Shown in pieces: positions 54,901 to 62,871 of a DNA stretch of 64,000 nt. Location of the stretch: the IMG/VR virus record IMGVR_UViG_3300025401_000648. One strand, 5' to 3'. Source of the stretch: a virus (taxonomy: Duplodnaviria > Caudoviricetes). Both the position numbers and the translations under genes were made by a program. Below the pieces are notes generated by a model, which saw only the letters and a program-made list of their open reading frames with translations, was not told the DNA's origin and made no database searches. How positions within the stretch are numbered: position 1 is the first letter of the stretch; every line of letters begins with the position of its first letter.

Positions 54901-55106
54901 TGACTCCATTCGCATCAGCCGCAGAAGTTCCTATTACCGGATCAGCATGGTCGCCTATTTCTACTGCTATCAATATTGAATCAGATACTATAACAGTACT
55001 AGTATCTGATGTTAATAATGATACTATTCATAGAGTCACTGTAATTACTACACCTGGTACAAATGGTGACGGAAATAATACAATCATAGTCGAAAAATTG
55101 CTATAA
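51927..55106 (+). CDS. Long tail fibre / receptor-binding protein with Mtd_N-like domain
   Basis: Mtd_N-like start; propeller-like S.DG.NW motifs; YadA-head-like AIAIG repeats near 54350-54540. Confidence 0.78.
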   Translation: MASKIQLRRDLAQSWTSTNPILAQGEPGFETDTGLFKIGDGTTAWVDLTYAGGNSGGGTSEQWVGLLGIGPDGLWPGMTSISQDGNNWTAPTPIVHWNGAGVGTSNGFYAYNLAVGGGKVVYLMGYGPGTAIASAATAFDSPLVSIQECTYCTPDENQYPVWWNNIQYVNGYFVATGYYYTDGDAPYEYFPCFIYSQDGVNWTWGNIDETYVNSLATASYNSNPELQGVMATSASYNGEGWVISLGWYTDGYYGTPGSPGAYYITGLNQACNSSSWFSTGGSQYNYSDIQWTGNAWVGTDYEQSIFSNNSRNPTQGSWTTISVTSATFAAFGDNDSNIEGYGVVGQGGTVDGSDWWVLGLEDGRLLTTKDGGVTWQGFTFLPAYDQMTSISQASPTVVGFEGSPTNQIKVTGLPVGTFGTGANAATYTGGSGTFYVNQDTYGLYSDVNLTTPVTSGAAFSTISVSLSGGYEVTGNTMIVPDLASSGILIGMQIYFDSTYTQDDFGPTIVTGINTSTNTITFSNAITANEDIDYAYFGPAVSYSTSVWNPLQTLIAGGKLIIGAQYEDTLCYLSTTDLVNYNYSFGYNFTNAISAYINEYESNWWDNEWSFGDWPPAVAYGEVGNVANLLISNNALATPPQTFLANDYWLPHSEASGVSNSLSLGDVLQVNLFGYNDYTSGGSVVNQNFLMDPNTGIWSIGSTNINGEGQVLEMGGPYNVSSISNGAYRNQYYNSGQSQGGLTDILISAGYNPDNWWFTASTGDYPSTLIMPAGGTIGYDSEGTVENVITVGTDGTISIGANAGTTSQAYDAIAIGKGAGNYNQHGEAIAIGRGAGAVNQGSNGIAIGRWASSQGQGNSAIAIGHYAAGVENATTSTGGTVQSPYSIVLNATGQAVQDAGTSTFVVKPVRNNIGPTSLYYDSSSGEITYGTAPGPINSGWNNSKGTSITKDFIAYKVDTGTGGLQLFVQSTSTSTLITYSGSAITTTGGTTSMTPFASAAEVPITGSAWSPISTAINIESDTITVLVSDVNNDTIHRVTVITTPGTNGDGNNTIIVEKLL

Positions 55107-55115
55107 GGATAACAA

Positions 55116-55724
55116 ATGACAACAACATCAACAAACACAGCAAGTTCAGCAACAGTAGTCATACTGAACCCCACTATCACTAGTACTACTGGTGTAATTG
55201 GCTGTTCAACATTGGCTACCGCGCTAACTCCGGGACAAATAGTAACTATTACTGGCGCATTTTCAAGTGGCGGTATCGCAGGCTACAATAGTACTAGCAC
55301 AACAGGTACTACCTACTATGTAATCGGTGCTCCAACTACTACAGCATTTCAGTTGTCGGCAACTAGAGGCGGTGCCGCAGTTACATCAACTGTAAGCACA
55401 GGTGTAATTACAGGCGCTACTATGATAGCGTCACATGAAGTGGTAATTTATACAGGTACAGGATGTAGAGCCAGTATTTCTGCTAAAGCACTATTGAAAA
55501 GTAACAGCGTAAACTTCAAAGAAGTTAGAATAACTGGATCTAGTAAGAAACGCAAAGAGATGCAGTCAGCGACAAGCGCAACACACAAAGTAACTCCTCA
55601 GGTAGTAGTCAACGGTGTACATATTGGTGGAGCAAAGGCATTGAAGACTAGTTCGTTTATCAATCCACACGCTATGGCCGCAAAACCAGCACCAAAAACA
55701 TTTAATATTAAGAAAAAATCTTAA
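55116..55724 (+). CDS. Fusion of a Thr-rich virion beta-domain and a glutaredoxin-like domain
   Basis: VIYTGTGCRAS..AKALL..N.VNFKE; TPQVVVNGVHIGG. Confidence 0.7.
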   Translation: MTTTSTNTASSATVVILNPTITSTTGVIGCSTLATALTPGQIVTITGAFSSGGIAGYNSTSTTGTTYYVIGAPTTTAFQLSATRGGAAVTSTVSTGVITGATMIASHEVVIYTGTGCRASISAKALLKSNSVNFKEVRITGSSKKRKEMQSATSATHKVTPQVVVNGVHIGGAKALKTSSFINPHAMAAKPAPKTFNIKKKS

Positions 55725-55734
55725 TACTTAAAAC

Positions 55735-58713
55735 ATGAGTCTGGCAAAAAAGAAAACATCAATCAAGCCAAAGACACAGTCAGCACCGCAATATCACGAT
55801 GGACAAGAGTATGTTGTTTGTTTGGTAAAAGGGGTTGACTATGACTCAGTTTGGTCAGCACTAGAAACAGAAACCTACGGTCTAGCGACTATTCCAAATC
55901 GAGCCGCTCGTATTCTAAATGATCGTAAGGCCAGCCCTCGCAGTTGTCATTATAGTCTTACTAAAGCAGAAGCAGATCAGATTAGGCGTGATCCTCGAGT
56001 ACACTCTGTAGAAGTACCTCCGCAGTATAATCCTCGACTAGTACCTAGACACAAGGCTGTACAAACTGCCAACTTTAACAAATCAGAAAACACTCCTAAT
56101 AGCAATTATGTCAACTGGGGGCTATGCCGTGTAAATTCTCCTACCAATAACTACGGCTACACTCTTTCTCCAACTTCAGAAACTTATGCGTATGTATTAG
56201 ATGGTACAGGTGTTGATGTTGTTGTACAAGACAGCGGACTACAAATAGACCATCCAGAGTTTGCGGGTCGTGTACAACCTATCGATTGGTACACAGCCAG
56301 TGGCGTGGTCAGTTATAATAATATTGCCAGTATAGGAATTCCAGGATCACCTAATTATTTAGAAATAACTCCGGGCCCTGTCGCATCAAATTATGTAGCC
56401 GATCGTAACAGTCTATACTTCAATGGACATGATTGGCTCGGCTTGGCTTATAGCGTTAGTCTAGGTTCAGGTGATTTTAGCGCAGAAATGTTTTTCAAAA
56501 TAGATTCTAATGTCGATTTAACTACAACACAGATGGCATTTTTTGGTCCTAATGGAGACTATGGATTTGGAGTGTATACTGGAACCGGTGTTGGTGGTCC
56601 CACAAGCACAGATATTACTGTTGATTTGAATGGCCACGCTCACGCCAGTTTCCATTTTCCTACTATAACAGTTGGTGTATGGCATCATTTAGCAGTGACT
56701 CGTCAATCTGGTTATATGAATATATACCTAGATGGTGCTCAACCTTTGTCATACAATCAGGCCAACACTTATGATTTTTCCGGAGGGCTAGGTAGCATTG
56801 GAAATTGGGGTGGTGTATATTCTTTCAAAGGACACATAACCAATGTAAGAGTATCTAATGGTACTGCTCTATATGCGGCAGGTACCAGTAATATAACTGT
56901 CCCAACAGCACCTTTGAGCAACGCATCAAGCGTTGTTCTATTGATTAATTGTCTGGACAGTAGTACACCATTCTTAGATACTTCCAGTAGTCCTATTCCG
57001 CTTGAAAACGGTCACAATGACAGCACATCAGTTGTTACATTTAGTTCAGGAACTGGCGCACCTGAATTTACTGTAGAGTTTTGGTTCTATCTATTTACAG
57101 ATCCAGCAAGCCATCGCCATGCGTTTATAGGATCAAATAACAGCAGTGGACTTTCTATATACACCGGACAGGAAGCAAACTATGGTAGTGGTAATAGCAA
57201 TCACGCAATTAGTGTAGACTGGTACGGAACAGGCGGCACACAATTTAATTTTACTGCCACAATGACTACTGAAACTTGGTATCACTGTGCTCTTGTTCGA
57301 GACAGCAATTTTAATCAACAAATGTTCTTAAATGGAATCGCTTCGACCAGTACTACCTACGGACCTAACAACACAGTTAACCCCAATGGACATATTATAG
57401 AAATTGGTCATTGGGATTATGGCAATTTCTATCTAAATGGCGCAATCACTGATATTAGAGTGGTACAAGGTCATAATGTATATGATGCTACTACCAGTAC
57501 AATCACTGTGCCTACACAGATGCTGACTGCTGTAACAGGCACACAATTCTTAATGAATGTAACTTATTATACAGCATATACTGGTCCAATTGATGCCACA
57601 GGACTTAATACGATTTCTAATCCTGATAACGCAATTATCGAATTAGGTGACGGCCCAGTCGGAGTTCTTTATCAAAACTTTCAGCCGCCTGAACACTACA
57701 TGGATACTGTAGGACATGGTACGCATTGTACAGGCATTGCGGCTGGTAAAACATTTGGTTGGGCCAAAGGCGCTGATGTATATTCACTTAAAATCGCAGG
57801 CCTAGAAGGTCCAGATGATCCGGGCACGGGCATATTTTTTCCAGACAGTTTTGACGTTATCACAAAATGGCATTTGAATAAACCTTTAGATCCAGTAACA
57901 CAGACCAAGCGCCCTACCATTGTAAACATGAGTTGGGGATACGAAGGTGCTTATGGGTATAATACAACCAGTTATATTGTAGGTGGTAATTATAGAGGTA
58001 CGGCCTGGACCAGTTCTACATTACAAACACAGTATGGTATGATTATCAATAACGAGCCTGCTATAGACAGTGCATATCCAGCAAGAGATCCAAGTACAGA
58101 TGTTGCCTTGGAAGAAATGATCGATGCTGGTATTACAGTTTGTATTGCCTCAGGTAACGATGGTTACAAAATAGATTTGCCATCTGGTCCAGATTACAAC
58201 AATTGGTGGACTGACGGAACTTATCAGAATTTTTATCAACAAGGTAGTAGTCCATACAGTCTTCGTGCCAACATGGTTGGTGCTATTGATAGTGAGCCTT
58301 ATAGCACTTCAACAGAACAGAGAGTATTTTTTAGTAACGGCGGTCCGGGTGTAGATTTTTACAGTCCCGGAGTAGGTATTGCCAGTGCTACAAGTAATGA
58401 TCCAGCAGGGTTAATATCAGATGGTTATGCTGTGGGCAACTACTTCTTAGATCCTGCGTACAAACAGGCAATGGTTGATGGTACAAGTCAAGCAACACCA
58501 CAGGTTACGGGTTTGGGCGCACTATTTCTACAGATGAATCCTACTGCTACACCTGCGCAGGTTAAACAATGGTTCTTAGATAACGCACAATCTACGCTAC
58601 ATTCTACAGGTGTAAACAATGATTATACCAGTACAAACAGCGTTTGGGGCGGAAATCCTATAATGATTTTTAACCCTATTAATACTAGCACGGTGGCGGT
58701 CATCGGCGGCTAA
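55735..58713 (+). CDS. S8 subtilisin-like protease with inserted LamG domains
   Basis: VDVVVQDSG, GHGTHCTG, IASGN, GTSQATPQV; two LamG-like blocks between Asp and His. Confidence 0.88.
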   Translation: MSLAKKKTSIKPKTQSAPQYHDGQEYVVCLVKGVDYDSVWSALETETYGLATIPNRAARILNDRKASPRSCHYSLTKAEADQIRRDPRVHSVEVPPQYNPRLVPRHKAVQTANFNKSENTPNSNYVNWGLCRVNSPTNNYGYTLSPTSETYAYVLDGTGVDVVVQDSGLQIDHPEFAGRVQPIDWYTASGVVSYNNIASIGIPGSPNYLEITPGPVASNYVADRNSLYFNGHDWLGLAYSVSLGSGDFSAEMFFKIDSNVDLTTTQMAFFGPNGDYGFGVYTGTGVGGPTSTDITVDLNGHAHASFHFPTITVGVWHHLAVTRQSGYMNIYLDGAQPLSYNQANTYDFSGGLGSIGNWGGVYSFKGHITNVRVSNGTALYAAGTSNITVPTAPLSNASSVVLLINCLDSSTPFLDTSSSPIPLENGHNDSTSVVTFSSGTGAPEFTVEFWFYLFTDPASHRHAFIGSNNSSGLSIYTGQEANYGSGNSNHAISVDWYGTGGTQFNFTATMTTETWYHCALVRDSNFNQQMFLNGIASTSTTYGPNNTVNPNGHIIEIGHWDYGNFYLNGAITDIRVVQGHNVYDATTSTITVPTQMLTAVTGTQFLMNVTYYTAYTGPIDATGLNTISNPDNAIIELGDGPVGVLYQNFQPPEHYMDTVGHGTHCTGIAAGKTFGWAKGADVYSLKIAGLEGPDDPGTGIFFPDSFDVITKWHLNKPLDPVTQTKRPTIVNMSWGYEGAYGYNTTSYIVGGNYRGTAWTSSTLQTQYGMIINNEPAIDSAYPARDPSTDVALEEMIDAGITVCIASGNDGYKIDLPSGPDYNNWWTDGTYQNFYQQGSSPYSLRANMVGAIDSEPYSTSTEQRVFFSNGGPGVDFYSPGVGIASATSNDPAGLISDGYAVGNYFLDPAYKQAMVDGTSQATPQVTGLGALFLQMNPTATPAQVKQWFLDNAQSTLHSTGVNNDYTSTNSVWGGNPIMIFNPINTSTVAVIGG

Positions 58714-58737
58714 ATACCATAAACGGAGACCAATAAC

Positions 58738-59058
58738 ATGGCAGTCATTCTTAAAAACGGTGCTTTTTATCCAGGCACAACACAAAATAGCATAACATCT
58801 AGTACCAGTGTAGTTACTAGCGCATTTGGGCCCACTACAAGTATTATTCGTGTAGCAGTTCAAAACGATACTTATGTTCAACCAGTTGCTTCAACATCTA
58901 CTACAGCTACAATAAACAGCATGATTATTCCTGGCGGCGGCGTTGAATTTTTAGCTGTTCCATATGGATCTTATCTAGCGCATTTACAGGTTAGTTCCAG
59001 TGGCTGGATCAGTATTACAGAATTGGCAGGAACTACAAGAGATCATCAAGGTAGTTAA
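58738..59058 (+). CDS. Small structural hypothetical protein
   Basis: TAAATA and GGAG upstream. Confidence 0.65.
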   Translation: MAVILKNGAFYPGTTQNSITSSTSVVTSAFGPTTSIIRVAVQNDTYVQPVASTSTTATINSMIIPGGGVEFLAVPYGSYLAHLQVSSSGWISITELAGTTRDHQGS

Positions 59059-59303
59059 AGATAATGTGGAGACGTCCAGGCCATCCTAGAGCAGAAAGTA
59101 ATTATACAGTTGCTAAACAGCCAAATGGATTGTGGCTATAGGAACATATGATGCTTGTAGCCTTAATCAAAATCTACGTGATGCATTGACCAATTATTTC
59201 AATGACACTGATTTTACTAATACATGGATAAGTCAACGACAGAGTCAAATGTTTCTTGGCAAACGTAATGGTATCACATAAATACTGGAACTAGGAAATT
59301 ATT

Positions 59304-59645
59304 ATGAAAGCAAGCGATATTATTCAAGGATTGGCAGATTTAATTGCTGTTATCCAACGAGACGAACAAGCACAGCAGTTCCAAGAACCCTCAACCGTGG
59401 CCAAACCAGAAGTTGTTGCGGTGGTTGAGCCAGAAACTCCACAAGCAGAATTGGATGCTGATAAATTTGTTCCTCCCCTACAAGCAAAAATTGAATTATT
59501 AAAGAAAGCTGTTGATGTTCCTAGCACATATGATGGTGAAGGCGAAAAGGATGAGTTAAGCCGTATGAAACAAATGGCCGGAATTCAAAAGCCACACCCT
59601 GTGGTCCAAGATATGGCAGGTGAAGACGAACCAATGGACGTCTAA
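59304..59645 (+). CDS. Acidic hypothetical protein (VPPLQ..ELLK motif)
   Basis: Motif shared with 62567..62854. Confidence 0.7.
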   Translation: MKASDIIQGLADLIAVIQRDEQAQQFQEPSTVAKPEVVAVVEPETPQAELDADKFVPPLQAKIELLKKAVDVPSTYDGEGEKDELSRMKQMAGIQKPHPVVQDMAGEDEPMDV

Positions 59646-59657
59646 TAGGAGACTCCA

Positions 59658-62558
59658 GTGGCAATTACACAGAAAATATTTTCAAGTAGAGCAAATAACG
59701 TCAATTCCGCAAACTATGTGGGTGAACGCGGACATTTATTCTACGCTCAATCAACACAGACTGGAGTTAGTCCAAGTATACGTTACAGCGATGGCGTTAC
59801 TCCAGGCGGTTTGCCAATTGTTTCTGAGTCACCCCTACCTGCTAATGCCAATGGTATTTTGTATGATGATGGCTTTGGCAATTTAAGTTGGATTGGTATT
59901 GGTGCTTTCCAAGGCCCTCCAGGACAAAACGGTATTGCTTCTTTGAGTTTGGGTACTGGGCTTACTGGTAATATCAATAATAATGTATTGAGTTTAAGTG
60001 CCACTGGTATTGAAGGTGTTAATGGCACTACAAATCAAATTAACGTCGTGCCAGGATTGGGTGGAACAGTTACATTAAGTACTCCACAAAACTTAAACAC
60101 CACTGCTTCAGTTACATTTAAAAACATCACAGTGACCGGCAACTTGAACGTGTCTGGCACAGCTACCATTGCTACCAATGCCAGTGTTGAAGGTAAAATG
60201 TTGTATTTGGCTACCAGCGCTACAAATAGTTCTCAAATTGACGGTGGTGGTATACAATTGGGAACCAGTACTTTTGCCCAAACTTTGTTGTACAGTCAAA
60301 GCAACAACTGGTGGTCCACCAGTGACGATGTGGGATTTAATACCAACTTGTTGTTTGCGTCCACAGCCAGCATATCGGGGCAATTGAATGCCAATGGTCC
60401 TGTCAATCTAAACACGCAGTATCTCACAGTTGATTATCCCAACAGTCCTCTACAGATAGATGACAACATCAACAGCTACGCACAGGTTATTACACAAAAT
60501 CACTTCACTGGTACTAACGCATCAACAGACTTTGTAGCTACAAATGACATAGGCAATGATACTAGTCACTACATTGACATGGGTATCAATAGCAGTGTGT
60601 ACAGCACCAGTAGTTGGACAGTGAATGGGGCCAACGATGGCTACCTCTACGTTAATGGCGGCAGTGTGGCTATTGGAACAGACACACCTGGTAAAAACAT
60701 CACCATGTTTGTGGGTGGAACCACGGCCAGCAACATCATCAGTGTGGCCACTGCGTCACAGATAGTATACAACGTGAGTTTGGTTCCCGGCACGGATGTG
60801 ACTTATGACCTAGGTTCCGAACAATCGCGTTGGCGCACACTGTATGTGGGCACCGGATCTGTGTTTATCCAAGATGCCACTCTAGGGACCAATGCTGAGA
60901 TCACTGTCAATAATGGCGTGTTCCAAATCAACGGAGCCCCACAGGCCATATTGCCAGTAGTGGCTCTCAATACACTAACTTCAACTGGCAGTGCCGTCAG
61001 CTTAAATATTGGCAATGTGGGAGATACGGGTGGGATACAGCTACACAGAACGCTGACATTTGTCAACGGTACCTCTCAAATCACAGCCTGGAACGCCACA
61101 GCCACAGTGACATGGAGTCAGATTACTGGTGCTCCTAACGTAACAGGCTACACAGGCAGTGCTGGAACCGATGGCTATACTGGCAGTGCTGGGACTAATG
61201 GCTACACAGGCAGTGCTGGGACTAATGGAACCAATGGCTATACTGGCTCAGCAGGTACTAATGGGTATGCCGGTTCCGTGGGATTAAATGGCTATACCGG
61301 TAGTGTTGGCCTGCAAGGTTATAGCGGTAGTGCAGGTGTTAACGGATATACAGGTAGCATTGGATTACAGGGCTATGCTGGTAGTACTGGTGTAAATGGT
61401 TATACTGGTAGCGCCGGCGTAAATGGGTATACTGGCTCAGCAGGTACTAATGGATATACTGGTAGCCAAGGCCCACAAGGTCCTGCTGGTACCAGCGTTA
61501 ATATCAAAGGAAGTGTTGCTACAGCAAGCACAGCCACATTGAGTGCCATTGACCCTAGTCCCACAATAGGCGATGGATATATTGCCCAAGATACTGGTCA
61601 CTTGTGGGTTTATACAGGCGCAGGGCCTATAGACGGGTTTGTTGATGTGGGTAATGTTACTGGACCTGCCGGAGCACAAGGCCCCACTGGATATACAGGT
61701 AGTCGCGGCACTACTGGCTACAATGGTAGTACAGGTGCTACAGGTTACTCAGGCAGTATTGGATCAGCTGGTTATAATGGTAGTGTTGGTTCTATAGGAT
61801 ATACTGGAAGTATAGGTGGTCTTGGATACACTGGTAGTATTGGATCAATTGGATACGCAGGTAGCGCAAGCACTGTTGCTGGTCCACAAGGAACAATTGG
61901 ATACGCAGGTAGTATTGGTCCAATTGGATATACTGGAAGCCAAGGCATAATAGGTTATGTGGGTAGTGTTGGTTATACTGGCAGTGTAGGAGCACAAGGG
62001 CCGCAGGGCGTGACAGGATTTACTGGCAGTTTTGGTACAGCAGGGTATACTGGTAGTTTTGGCGCTAGTGGATACACGGGCAGTGCCAGCACAGTGAGCG
62101 GACCACAAGGTCCAATAGGATTTACAGGTTATACTGGCAGTGTTCCAACATCATATGTTAGCAGTATAACAGCAGGGTATGATATTAGTGTATCAACATC
62201 AACTGGCGCTGTAACAGTTAACAATCTATTCCAATCATCTACATCAACCAGTGTTAGTGGACTTACTGTCAGTTTTACTGGTAGTAGTTTTATTTCTTGG
62301 GCACCGTCAGCTGGTGGTGCTGAAACAATTACTCTAAGTAATTTTACAGCAGGTAGACGAGTAAAGTTATTCTTAACACCGCACGGAGCCCCTGACACAT
62401 TTACAGTAACAAGCCTACCTCCTGCTCAAAGTTTCAATGGCACTAACAGTTTCAAATTAGTGGGAGGAGCCGGAGCTCCAACTGCTATGTTGGTAGAATT
62501 CTTTTGTACAACTAATGCCATTGGCGGTGTTTATATGTATGTAACAGGCGGACAATAA
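59658..62558 (+). CDS. Collagen-like tail fibre (GYTGS repeats)
   Basis: YVGERGHLFY..IRYSDGVTPGG N-terminus; G-X-Y tracts about 61140-62140. Confidence 0.8.
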   Translation: MAITQKIFSSRANNVNSANYVGERGHLFYAQSTQTGVSPSIRYSDGVTPGGLPIVSESPLPANANGILYDDGFGNLSWIGIGAFQGPPGQNGIASLSLGTGLTGNINNNVLSLSATGIEGVNGTTNQINVVPGLGGTVTLSTPQNLNTTASVTFKNITVTGNLNVSGTATIATNASVEGKMLYLATSATNSSQIDGGGIQLGTSTFAQTLLYSQSNNWWSTSDDVGFNTNLLFASTASISGQLNANGPVNLNTQYLTVDYPNSPLQIDDNINSYAQVITQNHFTGTNASTDFVATNDIGNDTSHYIDMGINSSVYSTSSWTVNGANDGYLYVNGGSVAIGTDTPGKNITMFVGGTTASNIISVATASQIVYNVSLVPGTDVTYDLGSEQSRWRTLYVGTGSVFIQDATLGTNAEITVNNGVFQINGAPQAILPVVALNTLTSTGSAVSLNIGNVGDTGGIQLHRTLTFVNGTSQITAWNATATVTWSQITGAPNVTGYTGSAGTDGYTGSAGTNGYTGSAGTNGTNGYTGSAGTNGYAGSVGLNGYTGSVGLQGYSGSAGVNGYTGSIGLQGYAGSTGVNGYTGSAGVNGYTGSAGTNGYTGSQGPQGPAGTSVNIKGSVATASTATLSAIDPSPTIGDGYIAQDTGHLWVYTGAGPIDGFVDVGNVTGPAGAQGPTGYTGSRGTTGYNGSTGATGYSGSIGSAGYNGSVGSIGYTGSIGGLGYTGSIGSIGYAGSASTVAGPQGTIGYAGSIGPIGYTGSQGIIGYVGSVGYTGSVGAQGPQGVTGFTGSFGTAGYTGSFGASGYTGSASTVSGPQGPIGFTGYTGSVPTSYVSSITAGYDISVSTSTGAVTVNNLFQSSTSTSVSGLTVSFTGSSFISWAPSAGGAETITLSNFTAGRRVKLFLTPHGAPDTFTVTSLPPAQSFNGTNSFKLVGGAGAPTAMLVEFFCTTNAIGGVYMYVTGGQ

Positions 62559-62566
62559 ATAACACT

Positions 62567-62854
62567 ATGAGAGCCCGAGAATTTACTATCAACATTCCAA
62601 TTCACATCACACTTAACGGTGATGGCGAACCTGAAATAAACATGGGTGGCGATTCTGCCACGGATCTACAACAGAATCCTGTAATGGTTCCTCCCCTACA
62701 ACAGGGGTTGGAATTGGCCAAGGCCACCTTGGGCAAAGAAAGTCCAGTTATCGATAAACTAACTCAAAACGAACCCGAGCTTGGTAAAGAAGAAGATGAC
62801 TCAACTGGCATTGATCTAGAACGCATCAAACAACTAATCTCCCCTAGTCCCTAA
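62567..62854 (+). CDS. Acidic hypothetical protein (VPPLQ..ELAK motif)
   Basis: Paralog of 59304..59645; TAAATA 5 nt upstream. Confidence 0.7.
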   Translation: MRAREFTINIPIHITLNGDGEPEINMGGDSATDLQQNPVMVPPLQQGLELAKATLGKESPVIDKLTQNEPELGKEEDDSTGIDLERIKQLISPSP

Positions 62855-62871
62855 TACCAATAAATACTGGT

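Noticed and set aside
47661-55106. Diversity-generating retroelement suggested by Mtd_N domains
   Set aside because: No reverse transcriptase and no TR/VR pair differing at adenines was seen in the window. Mtd_N is only an attachment module. A DGR elsewhere in the genome cannot be excluded.
59059-59303. Possible ~50-aa GTG-start ORF or ncRNA in this gap
   Set aside because: No clear RBS, promoter or strong pairing was found; left unannotated.
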